In this document: positions 12,622 through 23,934 of the stretch, piece by piece
How the letters are laid out: every line of letters begins with the position of its first letter
How positions within the stretch are numbered: position 1 is the first letter of the stretch
Assembly: GCA_051362555.1 (NCBI GenBank)
Contig: CM120644.1
Location: 14,654,534 to 14,718,533 of the forward strand
From: Lingula anatina
Lineage: Eukaryota > Animalia > Brachiopoda
DNA length: 64,000 nt
Direction of reading: 5' to 3'
Made by a program: the position numbers and the translations under genes
The notes under the pieces: model-generated
What the model was told of the DNA's origin: nothing
Database searches by the model: none
What the model saw: the letters and a program-made list of their open reading frames with translations, nothing else

Positions 12622-12780
12622 CAGGGCCGTAGCTTGAGCAAAATGCCAGGGGGGGCAGTAAGCGGACACGAGGGGGCGAAGTCCCCGAGAGGGGAGGGGG
12701 TGTCCCCCTACCAGTGTGGAAAATTCTAAATCCCAGGGGGGGCAGCTGCCCCCCCTGCCCCCCCGGAGGCTACGGCCCTG
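12622..12780. mobile_element. GC-rich MITE with CAG termini and 5-bp TSD
   Basis: TIR CAGGGCCGTAGC...GCTACGGCCCTG; TSD TCTTT on both sides. Confidence 0.8.
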
Positions 12781-13025
12781 TCTTTCTCCTCTTATTTTTA
12801 ATAAACAGCGTTAAACAGCATTAGTTTCATTGTGTGAAAGGGCTCTAGTAAATGTGTCCTTATTGACTTCTATATGCCTTATTATAGGACTCACTTTTGA
12901 TATATATTTTATGTGCTTCATCTTGCATATTATTAACATAAAAGTTTAAACTGTGTATAGCAGTTAGAAGTTTCCCCGAGTTAACTTGCAGGCTAAATTA
13001 CGCTGGTTTCTTTCTAACAATATCT

Positions 13026-13243
13026 AGGCTCTATTCCCATAGATTTTAGATCGATCTATCCCCGTGGGGAGTCTCACTAGATTACTTTCGGATAATCCGA
13101 CTTAAATGTCCGTCCCGCCTACTACAAGCTGTAAGGGGGTAATTAACTTTCGTGTCCGCCCGGCTGACAGCTATTTAGCGTGAACCCCCAGGGAGTTAGG
13201 TCGATCTAAAGTAGGTCGATCTAATCTATGGAAATGGGGTGTT
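13026..13243. mobile_element. MITE, second copy of the nested 12046-12275 element
   Basis: Shares CCATAGATTT..TAGATCGATCTATCCC.GTGGGGAGTCTCACTAGATTACT...CCCAGGGAGTTAGGTCGATCTAA with 12046-12275. Confidence 0.7.
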
Positions 13244-13860
13244 ATTGATCAAGTGATATTTGGACACTTTTTCCTTGATTGAAGGTAAAAGTTGAAAATT
13301 TAAAGCCATGTTAATTTCGTTGAGATATGATTGTGGTAATTGATATCTAATTGCGGTGGTTAAGACACTAAGGGTTCCTGTAGTGGTTCCGCTTGTAAAA
13401 CCGTAAAGTTCGACATGTAACACATACATAAACCCAGCAATATAATCATTTGAAGGTGTGTTCGTCTACATTAATTCTAGTCACGGTAAGCGAATAAATG
13501 GATGTTTCCTCTCAATTTCATCTGTAATATCAAAGTATGATTATTTAATCAACAATGCAACATTAAGCTGAAGACCCAGTAATGGCCGTTATATACACTC
13601 TGCATTAAATCTATGTTATACACTCCTGCTACTATATCAGTACAACTGAATTCAGTCAGATAACGGCGATAAAATATGTCACCATGTCTGTATTGTCTGT
13701 ATTGTACATAGAGATAACCCAAAAATTGCTGATTAAGATGTACTTTGAAGTGTCCTTGAACACTGAACGTCTCGCCTGACCAGGTGTACATGTCAAGAGA
13801 GACAGCACATCTAATGGCGACTGGGGGCGTGTACCTGTCACAAAAAGAAATATAACTGGA

Positions 13861-14345
13861 GAAAGTACAGGTAAATCCCACTCCTAATATATCGTAATAC
13901 ATCATATTGGGAATATAATTCTGAAAATTGTGTGATAATGCACTGGGATGATGCTTGCTACAGTTTATGTCTCTGTAGGGCGGTAAAAATATAACACATT
14001 GTTACCGAGTTAGGATTGTATTATTCACTCTTCATCATACCTACCCGGTGATATTTCGGCTACATCATTTTTTTAGAATTTATTCCATTTTCGTTCTTCT
14101 TTTATGTAATAATTCACTGGATAACTACAATTATGTTTAATTACATATCTATTGTAATAGTTTCGTTTTCACTTCCGTCTTTCAAATCTTTTTATTATTA
14201 ATTATTTTGGTTTGTGTTCGTTCTTACTTTTCGTTTATATTACGGGACTTATCTTTAAAACATTAAGTTGGATGTCTTTCTTTGTTTATATTAAGGGAAT
14301 TTTCATTTAAACATTGTTGCATGTCTTTCTCTTCTTTATTTTCAG
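13861..14345 (+). promoter_or_regulatory. Candidate 5'-UTR intron of TRIM copy 1 (donor CAG|GTAAAT at 13870/13871; acceptor TTTTCAG at 14345)
   Basis: CAG|GTAA donor conserved in all six units (about 13870, 20622, 33673, 43913, 50220, 63550); polypyrimidine tract plus AG shortly before each TRIM ATG. Pairing of donor and acceptor is inferred. Confidence 0.4.
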
Positions 14346-14363
14346 ATATTGCCCTTAAGAGCC

Positions 14364-16262
14364 ATGTCTCTGTCCAAGATTTTAACGAAAGATTTCTTAA
14401 CGTGCAGCATATGCCATGAAAATTTCAAAGACCCTAAGGTCCTCAGCTGTGGGCATTCTTTTTGCTACCATTGCCTCCAAGACCATTTGGATAGAAACTT
14501 CCAAGGTCAGCCTCGCTTCACTTGTCCTATCTGCAGACGTCAGTGTGATCTCCCTAAAGACGGTGTAAGTGGTTTACAAACAAATCATCTTCTGGTGAGC
14601 ATATCACACACACAGGGTCAAGTAGAAGAAGCGAAAGCTGCCAAGAAATGCAGAATATGTCTCCTGAAAAATGACCGCAATCCACCAATGGCAACAAAAC
14701 GCTGTTTGGACTGTGAGGAAAGTATGTGTGGAGATTGTTCTACAGAACATTTACTTCATAAGTTCAGTCGTGACCACAAGCTGTTTCCTTTCGACCAGTT
14801 TGACAGCGACGAATACGTGACAGAGCTGCGTGCCCGGAAAAACGTCCTGTGTGACCACAACAACAAGGACCCCGTGGAAATCTTCTGCCCAGTATGTGAA
14901 AAGTTCGTCTGTGTCGGTTGTATGGTTTTAGAACACCAGGGTCATGATTGCCTTAGAATCAACACTGCTGCCAACAAACGCAAGGAGAAACTAGAACTCA
15001 GGGTGAAGCCCATCGAGAAGAAAAGTCTACGGTACGATCACTTTAAAACCGCTGCTGAAAAACAGAAATTATCAGTAGAAGAGGGAAGAAAAAAGGCAAA
15101 GAGTGAAGTAAACAGGCAGTTGGAGCAAGTTATTGAGATGGCCCGTGAACGTGCCAGTGAACTCCTTGAAGAAATAGATGCTGTGTCCAACGCCAAATTA
15201 GAAATTTTAAATTTTTTTATTGCAACTGCTACCGTCGACCAAAACCAACTGGACGACGTTGTAGACTTCTCGAGGAAACTCATTAACCATGGCAACGATA
15301 TAGATGTCCTCCAAATGGCCTCGGCCTGTGAGCAAAGCAGTGAGAGCGTCCAAACTTTCGAAATCCCGACCCTGCCCGCAGCCTTGACCCAGCTACAGCT
15401 AATCACCAAAGATATGGAGGAGTGCGTTACCAATATCAACAGTAGTCTTGGAAACGTAGTTCCAGCTGTGAGTGGAAGACTGGTGACATCATTCAAAGTA
15501 GAACTGAGCAAGTCTCCTGAGGAGTTGATCAGTCACGTGACCACTGATGTAAACGGTGATTACCTTTTTGGCATATTCTGTAATGAGGACAAGTCACGGA
15601 ATAGAATCCTCATCTACGATTCCAACCTTGTCCTTCAGAGCACAATTCCAAACCCAAGAGCAGCAGAAAAGTACGGTTTTGCTGGGATTGCCATTGATGA
15701 TGATGGCAACATTGTCACTAGATGTCAGGGATCAAATGAAATCATTGTTTACTCCAAGAAAGGAGACCACGTGAGAACATTCCACAGTGAGTCACCTCAT
15801 GCAGTTGCGGTCAACAGCAAGGGTCATTATGTAGTGGCAGGTCGCAGTACTCTGACTGTGCACCACAAGGATGGCGAGGTCCTGCAGACGACACCGGACC
15901 CAAAGAATAAATATATCAAACGCATCCACTGTAACGCCAATGATGACGTCATCGTCACAGGAGATGATCACATCCGTGTATACGATTCCACTCTCCGGCT
16001 TAAATACAGATATGGTACCAAGGGTGATGGAGACGGACAGGTGAACGGTCCGTGCGGCACATGCTGCTTGGATAATGGAGACATCATTCTAGCAGACCAC
16101 AAAAACCATCGTCTACACCTGGTGTCACAAGCTGGAAAATTCAACCGATTTCTTTTGACCAAAAGAAATGGACTTGTAAATCCGCAACATCTTGCAATAA
16201 CTTGTCTCGGACAACTTGTCGTAGGGGGAGAGAAAGGCGAGATTAAATTATTCGAATTATGA
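14364..16262 (+). CDS. TRIM-NHL E3 ubiquitin ligase-like protein, copy 1 (632 aa)
   Basis: C3HC4 RING (CSIC..CGH..CYHC..CPIC), B-box1 (CRIC..CLDC..C..C..H..H), B-box2 (CDH..CPVC..C..C..H..H), coiled coil, NHL repeats (GIAIDDDGNIV, PHAVAVNSKG, YGTKGDGDGQVNGPCG). ATG in gccATG context after a splice acceptor; no filamin domain seen. Confidence 0.95.
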   Translation: MSLSKILTKDFLTCSICHENFKDPKVLSCGHSFCYHCLQDHLDRNFQGQPRFTCPICRRQCDLPKDGVSGLQTNHLLVSISHTQGQVEEAKAAKKCRICLLKNDRNPPMATKRCLDCEESMCGDCSTEHLLHKFSRDHKLFPFDQFDSDEYVTELRARKNVLCDHNNKDPVEIFCPVCEKFVCVGCMVLEHQGHDCLRINTAANKRKEKLELRVKPIEKKSLRYDHFKTAAEKQKLSVEEGRKKAKSEVNRQLEQVIEMARERASELLEEIDAVSNAKLEILNFFIATATVDQNQLDDVVDFSRKLINHGNDIDVLQMASACEQSSESVQTFEIPTLPAALTQLQLITKDMEECVTNINSSLGNVVPAVSGRLVTSFKVELSKSPEELISHVTTDVNGDYLFGIFCNEDKSRNRILIYDSNLVLQSTIPNPRAAEKYGFAGIAIDDDGNIVTRCQGSNEIIVYSKKGDHVRTFHSESPHAVAVNSKGHYVVAGRSTLTVHHKDGEVLQTTPDPKNKYIKRIHCNANDDVIVTGDDHIRVYDSTLRLKYRYGTKGDGDGQVNGPCGTCCLDNGDIILADHKNHRLHLVSQAGKFNRFLLTKRNGLVNPQHLAITCLGQLVVGGEKGEIKLFEL

Positions 16263-16781
16263 GTGGCTGTTCAGCTTACAATGCCCCCCCCCCCCCGAAT
16301 ATGTGCTTGTTAATACAGACTTTTGTTAATATTTGATTACATATATGTAAAATATGTTCAGAGCACATATCAGTGAAGACAGAAAGTCGTATGTTTTGAA
16401 TTATACGTGTTATTTATTGGTAAAAAAAGTTATTTACTTTGGTAATTCGTTGTTTCACTAAACTGTCTGTAAATTGATTGGTTTTGCGTCGGCCATTCAC
16501 CCTTCCACCACGGTGCTCACGAAAATTTTGTAACCCTCACAATTAAGTCTCAGCCCTACTCTACTTGACGTCAGTAGTATTTTACTGCAATGTGTTTTTG
16601 TTTCTTATGTTTTTAAAGTGCCTGACCCCGGTCCGTGCGCTGCAGTCCAAATGCAGCGAGTGAAAAAAAAAACTTGAATTACATTTGCTACCTGCGGTGA
16701 TTTTAGATTCACAAGCCATTCTGTAGGGAAAACCAAGTACAGAAATTTTGACTTTATTTTTCCTTGTAACGGTGGCATACC

Positions 16782-17090
16782 TTATATGTGTCCCCAAGGT
16801 TCAGGCAACTTTAGTTCGTGACTGCAGTTTTCAACTCTCTGTTTTTCCAAATCATCCAAAACACTCCAAAATTTTAAGTCAGGGGCCTTGTGAATCTGTT
16901 GAGTGTCCTCTTTAACAAATTCTCCTGTAGGCCTCCTGGTGAGATTTTCAGAAGGTTCCATCTGTCTGTTTCCACCTTCATCTTTGTTTTGGACGGATAT
17001 ATCGCCAGTCCTGGTGCAGTTCCAAAGAAAATATATCGCCAGAATATTGATAACCACTAATAATAAGCAGGTACCCGATCTGGTCTTCAT
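16782..17090 (-). pseudogene. GT31 copy 1: in-frame 810-bp deletion of the catalytic domain, leaving a 102-aa TM-stem-tail ORF
   Basis: ...EDTQQI fused to HKAPDLKFW...; corresponds to loss of 24037-24846 of the intact copy, with AAT microhomology at the junction. A 5-bp deletion separates the upstream ATG (17124) from MKTR. Confidence 0.88.
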
Positions 17091-17626
17091 TCCACTGTTT
17101 GTTTTGCACAGCGCTATAGAGCATATATGACACCGTTTGTCACTATATCTCAGCAGCTATTCCGTTATATACTACAGTGTACATGTACAAGTATGTTATT
17201 TCAGTTTTTCTGGTCCCTCATATTATAATGGGGAGCACTGGGGAGCACTATTCAAACACTCACAATTTCGAGTGCTGATGTTCAATGTTATTTAAATAAC
17301 ACAGTGGACGTGGATGATTTACAACATGGTGTTCGCACTTCTTCTCGCACATCTTTTATTCCTTATGTGGGTAATTGTCGAAGCAAAGTCGACACTATTA
17401 AATATTAATAAACAGGTGTATTCATGTGAAGATAAGGTTCTCAACGAGAAGGCGTAATAAATGTAAAACATTTCTGTGCTCAATAAATTTGTTATTAATA
17501 TTATAAATGCAATTCAAGACAGCGTATGATAGGAGTACTAGTATAAACAAAACAATATGATAAGAGAAGATCTCTCAACATCTTTCTTTGGTTAATTTTT
17601 TTTTTCGTGAAAAGTATTGTAGGCAG

Positions 17627-17688
17627 GGCCTGATAGCTAAGTTGGTTAATAACATGAAATGTCCTGGGTTCAAGCTCCAGTCGGGCCA
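17627..17688 (+). pseudogene. Degenerate tRNA-Ile-like sequence, internally deleted
   Basis: GGCC.GATAGCTAAGTTGGTTA (A box) ... GGGTTCAAGC (B box) ... GGGCCA acceptor; anticodon arm partly deleted. Confidence 0.6.
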
Positions 17689-18564
17689 TTCTCCTTTTAT
17701 TGTTATTTGTTGTCTGATTTTCATTTTTAAACAACTGCTCGATTCTCCTTGTTCAGTACCTGTTTAACTAGTACTCAATGCAGAGCGCAAATACGGTTAC
17801 TTGGACGAAAAATTGCAACAACTGTGAATTGCAAATTTGATGTACATGCACACTTTGGTAGCCCTCTGCGATTCGGATGGTTGATGAGCCGAAAATTTGA
17901 CAATTTTTTAAATGAAGGATAGGAGGATAACCGTAAACACAAATTTAGGACTGGCTGTGTAAAATGCAATTTGTAGAGTCGCTGCTTTAGAGGAGGCAAA
18001 CAATTACAATGGCGGTGTTTGTAACAGCTTAAACAATCACACACACTTAAGTTGTCCAATGAAGGTGTGTCTTGATTGTGTCTTGATGAAAAAAATACTT
18101 CCATACGCATTTTACTCAGTAATCTGTCTAATACATGTAATTCAAACGACAATTGGTGCCAATATAACTTCGTGCAAACTGACGTATAGTCCTGATGCTT
18201 GAGCAATTGGGAATCAGGCACTTACCAACCCGAACTGAACCAGTGTGGTGAGTCAACCCCACACCGACAACACGCAAAGCATGGAGAAGTGTGCAGTAGG
18301 GCGGCTTAACGAAAAAAAAAAAAAAAAAAAACAAACCGAAAACGGCGAATAAAAGCAAGAAATTTGGCATGTAGTTCCCTTTTGACATTCTAAAACAAAT
18401 AAGAGCCACACCCACCTGAATTATTTTACCGTTTGACCCAAGTTGACCCTATGAGAAATGACATATGTAGAATTCAACCAAATTTCGATTCACAGCGGAT
18501 CTTTTTCCCGCAGAGAAAGAGCGGTCTTCTCGAACTGCCCACACCCCTTGCATACATTTTACAT

Positions 18565-19711
18565 CATCCCCAGAAATGCACTGCATGACGTCACGCTTAG
18601 CCCACTGCGCATGCGTGCACTTTTAATGAGTTGCTAGATTGCCATAGGAAAATGAATGGGTTCGCGATTCGTGGGTACTTCGTGATAATTGACAAACTAA
18701 CGGTCTGATGCCGATAGACAGCAACGCTGTGCTATGCTTCAAGCAACTCCTGACCAAATATCGCTAGGTTTTTTTTTAAATTCTGTTGTACACACGTACT
18801 AAGAAGTTTGCCGTGTATTGCCTAGCCTACCCTCAGCAAAACGCACATATTTTCAGAAATAGTGGTTTTAGACGGTAGATTCACTTAGAAACAAAGGCAA
18901 ACTAATTCGTTGCCGATAGCACCAGCAGATAGCAGCACCATACAGACTCTGATTAAAAACTTTCATGGCAATTGAAGAACTTTTACCACTGTACAATGGA
19001 GTCCAAAAAAGCACTTGGCACAAATGTGAAACTGCCCAGTGCAAGGCCAAGAATTCTATCAGTATTTTCAATCATATTATCCGATTCTACGTAAAGTGAC
19101 TGACAATATCATTATTCAGTATTTAACTAATCTCTTAATCCAAAATTCCTATCATCATTTAATAATAATGCAAAATTCTTCTTTCAGATTGCTATTTATT
19201 TTAAATTTTAATGCTGCAACTGTTCCAAAATAATCTTGTAGTAAAGGAAAAATGCAAATAAGAAGTGGAAGACCAATTTTGCACACATTGTTTGAATATA
19301 AAAAGAATAAGATTATGATTTAACAAATTAAAATAATTTTTCATTAACTCTTTCATGAATAACATATTAAACAAAATTTAAGTTATAAATTAGTGGTAAT
19401 GGCTTATTCTGGAATATATGACCTCTGCACATCATCAGTAGCCTACCTGACTTGGTACAGTATAGTTACTACTTGGATACAGAGTTAGATTTAATAATGT
19501 AACAATAAGAACAATATACATTACAATAAACTTCTCTGCACATGTCAGACGCCTGTAACCATGAGCTAACACTACTTGACAATGGGCTGAGCACTTATCA
19601 CAGAGTCTGTGTGCGATGCCATTGTTTTGCTGTGATTGGCTAGTTGAGTCACGTGAAGCCCTACTGTAGCGCCCTCGCGTATCGCGTGAATGCTGCGCAT
19701 TTCTGGCCATG
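18565..19711. mobile_element. 1.15-kb non-autonomous DNA transposon, CA- termini, 5-bp TSD (possibly Transib-like)
   Basis: Absent at the homologous site in the unit at ~27610. TIR CATCCCCAGAAATGCA / reverse complement CATGGCCAGAAATGCG; TSD TACAT/TGCAT. Confidence 0.6.
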
Positions 19712-20111
19712 TGCATATGTAATCCAGGCAAGATTGAATCAAGGCAGATTTTTAATCCGTATAGACCACCATCATCTGTAGACCAAGATATAATGCCGTA
19801 GAGGAGATAATGCGCAAGTTGTAGAATATATTGCTGTTGTTGAAACGTGATTGTGGTAGTTGATATCTAATTGCGGTTGTTCAGACACCCAGGGTTCCCG
19901 TACTGGTTCCGACTATAAACCAAAAATTCAACATGTATTACATACATAAACCCGACAATATATTCATTTGAAGGTTTGGTCGTCTACATTAATACTAGCT
20001 ACGTTAGGCGAATTTATGGATGTTTACTCTCAAATTCATCTCCAATATCAAAATATGATTATGTAGTCCACCAGACAACATTAAGCTGAAGACCCAGTAC
20101 TGTATTTCATA

Positions 20112-20600
20112 TACACCCTGCTATTAGGTCAGTTGTATCAGTGTCACAACTGAATTCAGTTAGATAACAGCGATGAAATAATGTGCCGTCATGTCTGTAT
20201 TGTACAAAGAGATAACCCCAAAAATTGCTGATTAAGATGTACTTTGAAGTCTCCTTGAACAATGAACGTCTCACCTGATCAGGTGTACGTGTCAAGAGAG
20301 ACAGCACATCTAATGCCGACTGGGGCCGTGTACCTGTCACAAAAAGAAAGTGTTAAACACCCCTGCTACTAGGTCAGTTGTATCACTGTCACAATTGAAT
20401 TCAGTTAGATAAGACTGATGGAATAATAGGTCACCATGTCCGTATTGTCTGTATTGTACATAGAGATAACCCAAAAATTACAAATTAAGATGTACTTTGA
20501 AGGCTCCTTGAACAATGAACGTCTCACCTGATCAGGTGTACGTGTCAAGAGAGACTGCACATCTAATGCCGACTGGGGCCGTGCACCTGCCACAAAGAGA
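20112..20600. repeat. About 245-bp local tandem duplication inside the upstream block of unit 2
   Basis: CACCC(C)TGCTA.TAGGTCAGTTG...GTACCTGTCACAAAAAGAAA occurs twice head to tail (20112-20349, 20350-20600). Confidence 0.85.
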
Positions 20601-20819
20601 AATATAACTGGAGAAAGTACAGGTAAATCCCATTCCTACTATATTGTAATACATTACATTGGGAATATAATTCCGATAATTGTATGATAATGTAGTGGAA
20701 TGATGCTTGCTGCAGTTTGTGTCTATGTAGGTTGTTATAAACATAACGGGTCGTTACCGAGTCCGGATTGTAGTATTCACTCATCATAATATAAACCCTG
20801 TAATATTGCGGTAACCTAT

Positions 20820-20872
<53 letters not shown>
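20820..20872. repeat. poly(T) tract at a homologous position in each unit (also 50421-50459)
   Basis: T runs of variable length directly after the conserved upstream block. Confidence 0.9.
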
Positions 20873-20876
<4 letters not shown>

Positions 20877-21199
20877 ATATTCTTTCATTTGCAGTTTTCA
20901 TTTATTTCATATTTCAATTTATAGATTACAATAATTTTAATTACATAAGTTTCATTTGTACTTCCGCCTTTTTAATTTTTTTCTTTTTTTCCTGCTATGT
21001 GTTTGGTTTTATTACTGCACTCATTTTCATCCTAGTGATATAAACTTTTGTCACATACGCCTAATAATGAGGTAAACAAATACCTTTCATTACATGTATT
21101 TAAATATAGCTTTTTGATATGGTTACCTCCATTACAAAATCTTCATCTTTTATCTGATGTATTTTATTTCTTTATTTCAATAGTTTGGTCTTAGGAGCC

Positions 21200-23098
21200 A
21201 TGTCTATGTCCAAGATCCTAACGGAAGATTTCCTAACATGCAGCATATGTCATGAAAAGTTCAAAGATCCCAAGGTCCTCAGCTGTGCCCATACGTTTTG
21301 CCAGCATTGCCTCCAAGACCATCTGGGCAGAAAATTTCAAGGTCAGCCTCACTTCCCTTGTCCTATCTGTAGACGTCAGTGTGTCCTCCCTGGAGGCGGT
21401 TTAAGTGCTATACAAACAAATCATCTTCTGGTCAGCATATCACACACACATGGTCAAGTAGAACAAGCCAAGGCTGCCAAAAAATGCAAGATATGTTGCA
21501 TGAAAAATGTCTCCAATCCACCGACGGCAACAAAACGATGTTTGGACTGTGAGGAAAGCATGTGTGGAGATTGTTCTTCGGAACATATGCTTCATAACTT
21601 CAGTCGTGACCACAAGCTGTTTCCTGTCGACCAGTTTGACAGCGACGAATACGTGACAGAGCTGCGTGCCCGGCAAAACGTCCTGTGTGACCACAACAAC
21701 AAGGACCCCGTAGAAATCTTCTGCCCAGTGTGTAAAAAGTTCATCTGTGTCGGTTGTATGGTTTTAGAACACCAGGGTCATGATTGCCTTAGAATCAACA
21801 CTGCTGCCAACAAACGCAAGGAGAAACTAGAACTCAGGGTGAAGCCCATCGAGAAGAAAAGTCTACGGTACGATCACTTTAAAACCGCTGCTGAAAAACA
21901 GAAATTATCAGTAGAAGAGGGAAGAAAGAAGGCAAAGGGTCAAGTAAACAAGCAATTGGAGCAAGTTATTAAGATGGCCCGTCAACGTGCCAATGATCTC
22001 CTGGGAGAAATAGATGCCATGTCAAATGCCAAATTAGACATTTTAAATGGTTTAATTGCAACTGCTACCGCCGACGAAAAGCAGCTGATGGGTATTGTTG
22101 ACTTCTCGAGAAAACTCATTAACCATGGCAACGATATAGATGTCCTCCAAATGGCCTCCGCCTGTGAGGAAAGCAGTGAGAGCGTCCAGACTCTCGACAT
22201 CCCGACCCTGCCCGCAGCCATGACCCAGCTACAGCTGATCACCAAAGACGTGGAGGAGTGCGTTACCAGTATCAACAGTTGCCTTGGAAACGTGGTTCCC
22301 GCCGTGAGTGGAAGACTGGTGACATCATTCAAAGTAGAACTGGCCAAGTCTCCTGAAGAGGTGATCAGTCAAGTGACCACTGATAATAATGGTGACACCC
22401 TTTGTGGTATTTGGTGTATTGATGACAGGTCACGGAATAGAATCCACATCTACGATTCCAACGTTGTCCTTCAGGGCACAATTCCAAACCCCAGAGCAGC
22501 AGAAAAAGACGCCTTTGCTGGGATTGCCATTGATGATGACGCTAACATCGTCACTAGATGTCAGGTGTCAAAAGAAATCATCGTCTACTCCAAGAAAGGA
22601 GACCACGTGAGAACATTCCACAGTGAATCACCGGAAGCAGTAGCGGTCAACAGCAAGGGTCACTATATAGTGGCAGGTCGCAGTACTCTGACTCTGCACC
22701 ACAAGGAGGGCGAGGTCCTGCAGTCGACACCAGACCCAAAGAATAAACATTTGAAATACATCCACTGTAACGTCAATGATGACGTCATCATCAAAGGAGA
22801 TGACCACATCCGTGTATACGATTCCACTCTCCAGTTTAAATACAGATATGGTACCCAGGGTGATGGAGACGGACAGGTGAACGGTCCGTGCGGCACATGC
22901 TCCTTGGATAATGGAGACATCATTCTTGCAGACCTCTGGAATGATCGTCTACACCTGGTGTCACCAGATGGGAAATTCAAGCGATTTCTTTTAACCAAAG
23001 AAAATGGAATTGATAGGCCGAAAGATGTTGCAATAAATCATCTCGGACAACTGGTCGTTGGAGAACAGAGGGGGAAGATAAAATTCTTCGAGTTATGA
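21200..23098 (+). CDS. TRIM-NHL protein, copy 2 (632 aa)
   Basis: Intact paralog of copy 1 with the same domain order; gccATG at 21200. Confidence 0.95.
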   Translation: MSMSKILTEDFLTCSICHEKFKDPKVLSCAHTFCQHCLQDHLGRKFQGQPHFPCPICRRQCVLPGGGLSAIQTNHLLVSISHTHGQVEQAKAAKKCKICCMKNVSNPPTATKRCLDCEESMCGDCSSEHMLHNFSRDHKLFPVDQFDSDEYVTELRARQNVLCDHNNKDPVEIFCPVCKKFICVGCMVLEHQGHDCLRINTAANKRKEKLELRVKPIEKKSLRYDHFKTAAEKQKLSVEEGRKKAKGQVNKQLEQVIKMARQRANDLLGEIDAMSNAKLDILNGLIATATADEKQLMGIVDFSRKLINHGNDIDVLQMASACEESSESVQTLDIPTLPAAMTQLQLITKDVEECVTSINSCLGNVVPAVSGRLVTSFKVELAKSPEEVISQVTTDNNGDTLCGIWCIDDRSRNRIHIYDSNVVLQGTIPNPRAAEKDAFAGIAIDDDANIVTRCQVSKEIIVYSKKGDHVRTFHSESPEAVAVNSKGHYIVAGRSTLTLHHKEGEVLQSTPDPKNKHLKYIHCNVNDDVIIKGDDHIRVYDSTLQFKYRYGTQGDGDGQVNGPCGTCSLDNGDIILADLWNDRLHLVSPDGKFKRFLLTKENGIDRPKDVAINHLGQLVVGEQRGKIKFFEL

Positions 23099-23934
23099 GT
23101 GACTGTTAAATTTACAATGTCCTCCAAATATGTGTTTGTGGATACAGACAATTGATTATTTGATAACATATAAAATTGCCATGTAAACACCTTGTAGCTC
23201 TTACGTCACTTGCGTTTTGTTTCAATAAAGAACTTTCAAGCAAATTGGTTGTATATAAGGAAGAGAATTGTTTGCTGTGACTTAGCATCATGGAATTTTA
23301 AGTATTTATGTATCACGTGTATTTTAGTTTACAAATATTAACCATTGTAAATATGCTCTTTCAAGCAAATTCTCTGATTCTTAGAAATGAAAACTGAGGA
23401 GGAGTATATTTCATACATGTGTGTATATTACTGGGAGTATAGGATTAATAGTGTTAATCGGGTCTCGAAAATGGTTAGTTGTGGAACTTAAATTTAAAAA
23501 ATTGCAAACACCAACTGACAAACATCAATTCTAATCTGGATTTTATTTAGTAGTTATTAATTCCCCGACACAGCTTCGTAACAGTTCCGTCTGCTTTCCC
23601 GTTTAAAAAGATTGTTTTCTAATCAAAATGACAAAATGTTTTTAGTATTATATTATTAATAATAAATTGTGATCGACACACATACCTGTGAAGACGGGAA
23701 ATTTTTTATTATGAATTATACATGTTATTTATTGAAGAATGTTATTTACTGTTTTTAACTTAAGTGTCTGACCCCCGGTGCGTGCGCTGCAGTGCAAATG
23801 CGGCGAGTGGAAAAAAAAGTTGAATTACATTTGCTACCTTCGGTGATTATAGATTCACAAGCCATTCTGTACGAAAACCCAAGTAATGTTGACTTTATTT
23901 TTCCTTGTAACGGTGGCACAACTTAGATATGTCC

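Noticed and set aside
15038-16162. Antisense and alternate-frame ORFs recurring in each TRIM copy (and likewise over GT31 and GT15)
   Set aside because: Shadows of the real CDS; lengths vary between copies and recurrence just reflects duplication.
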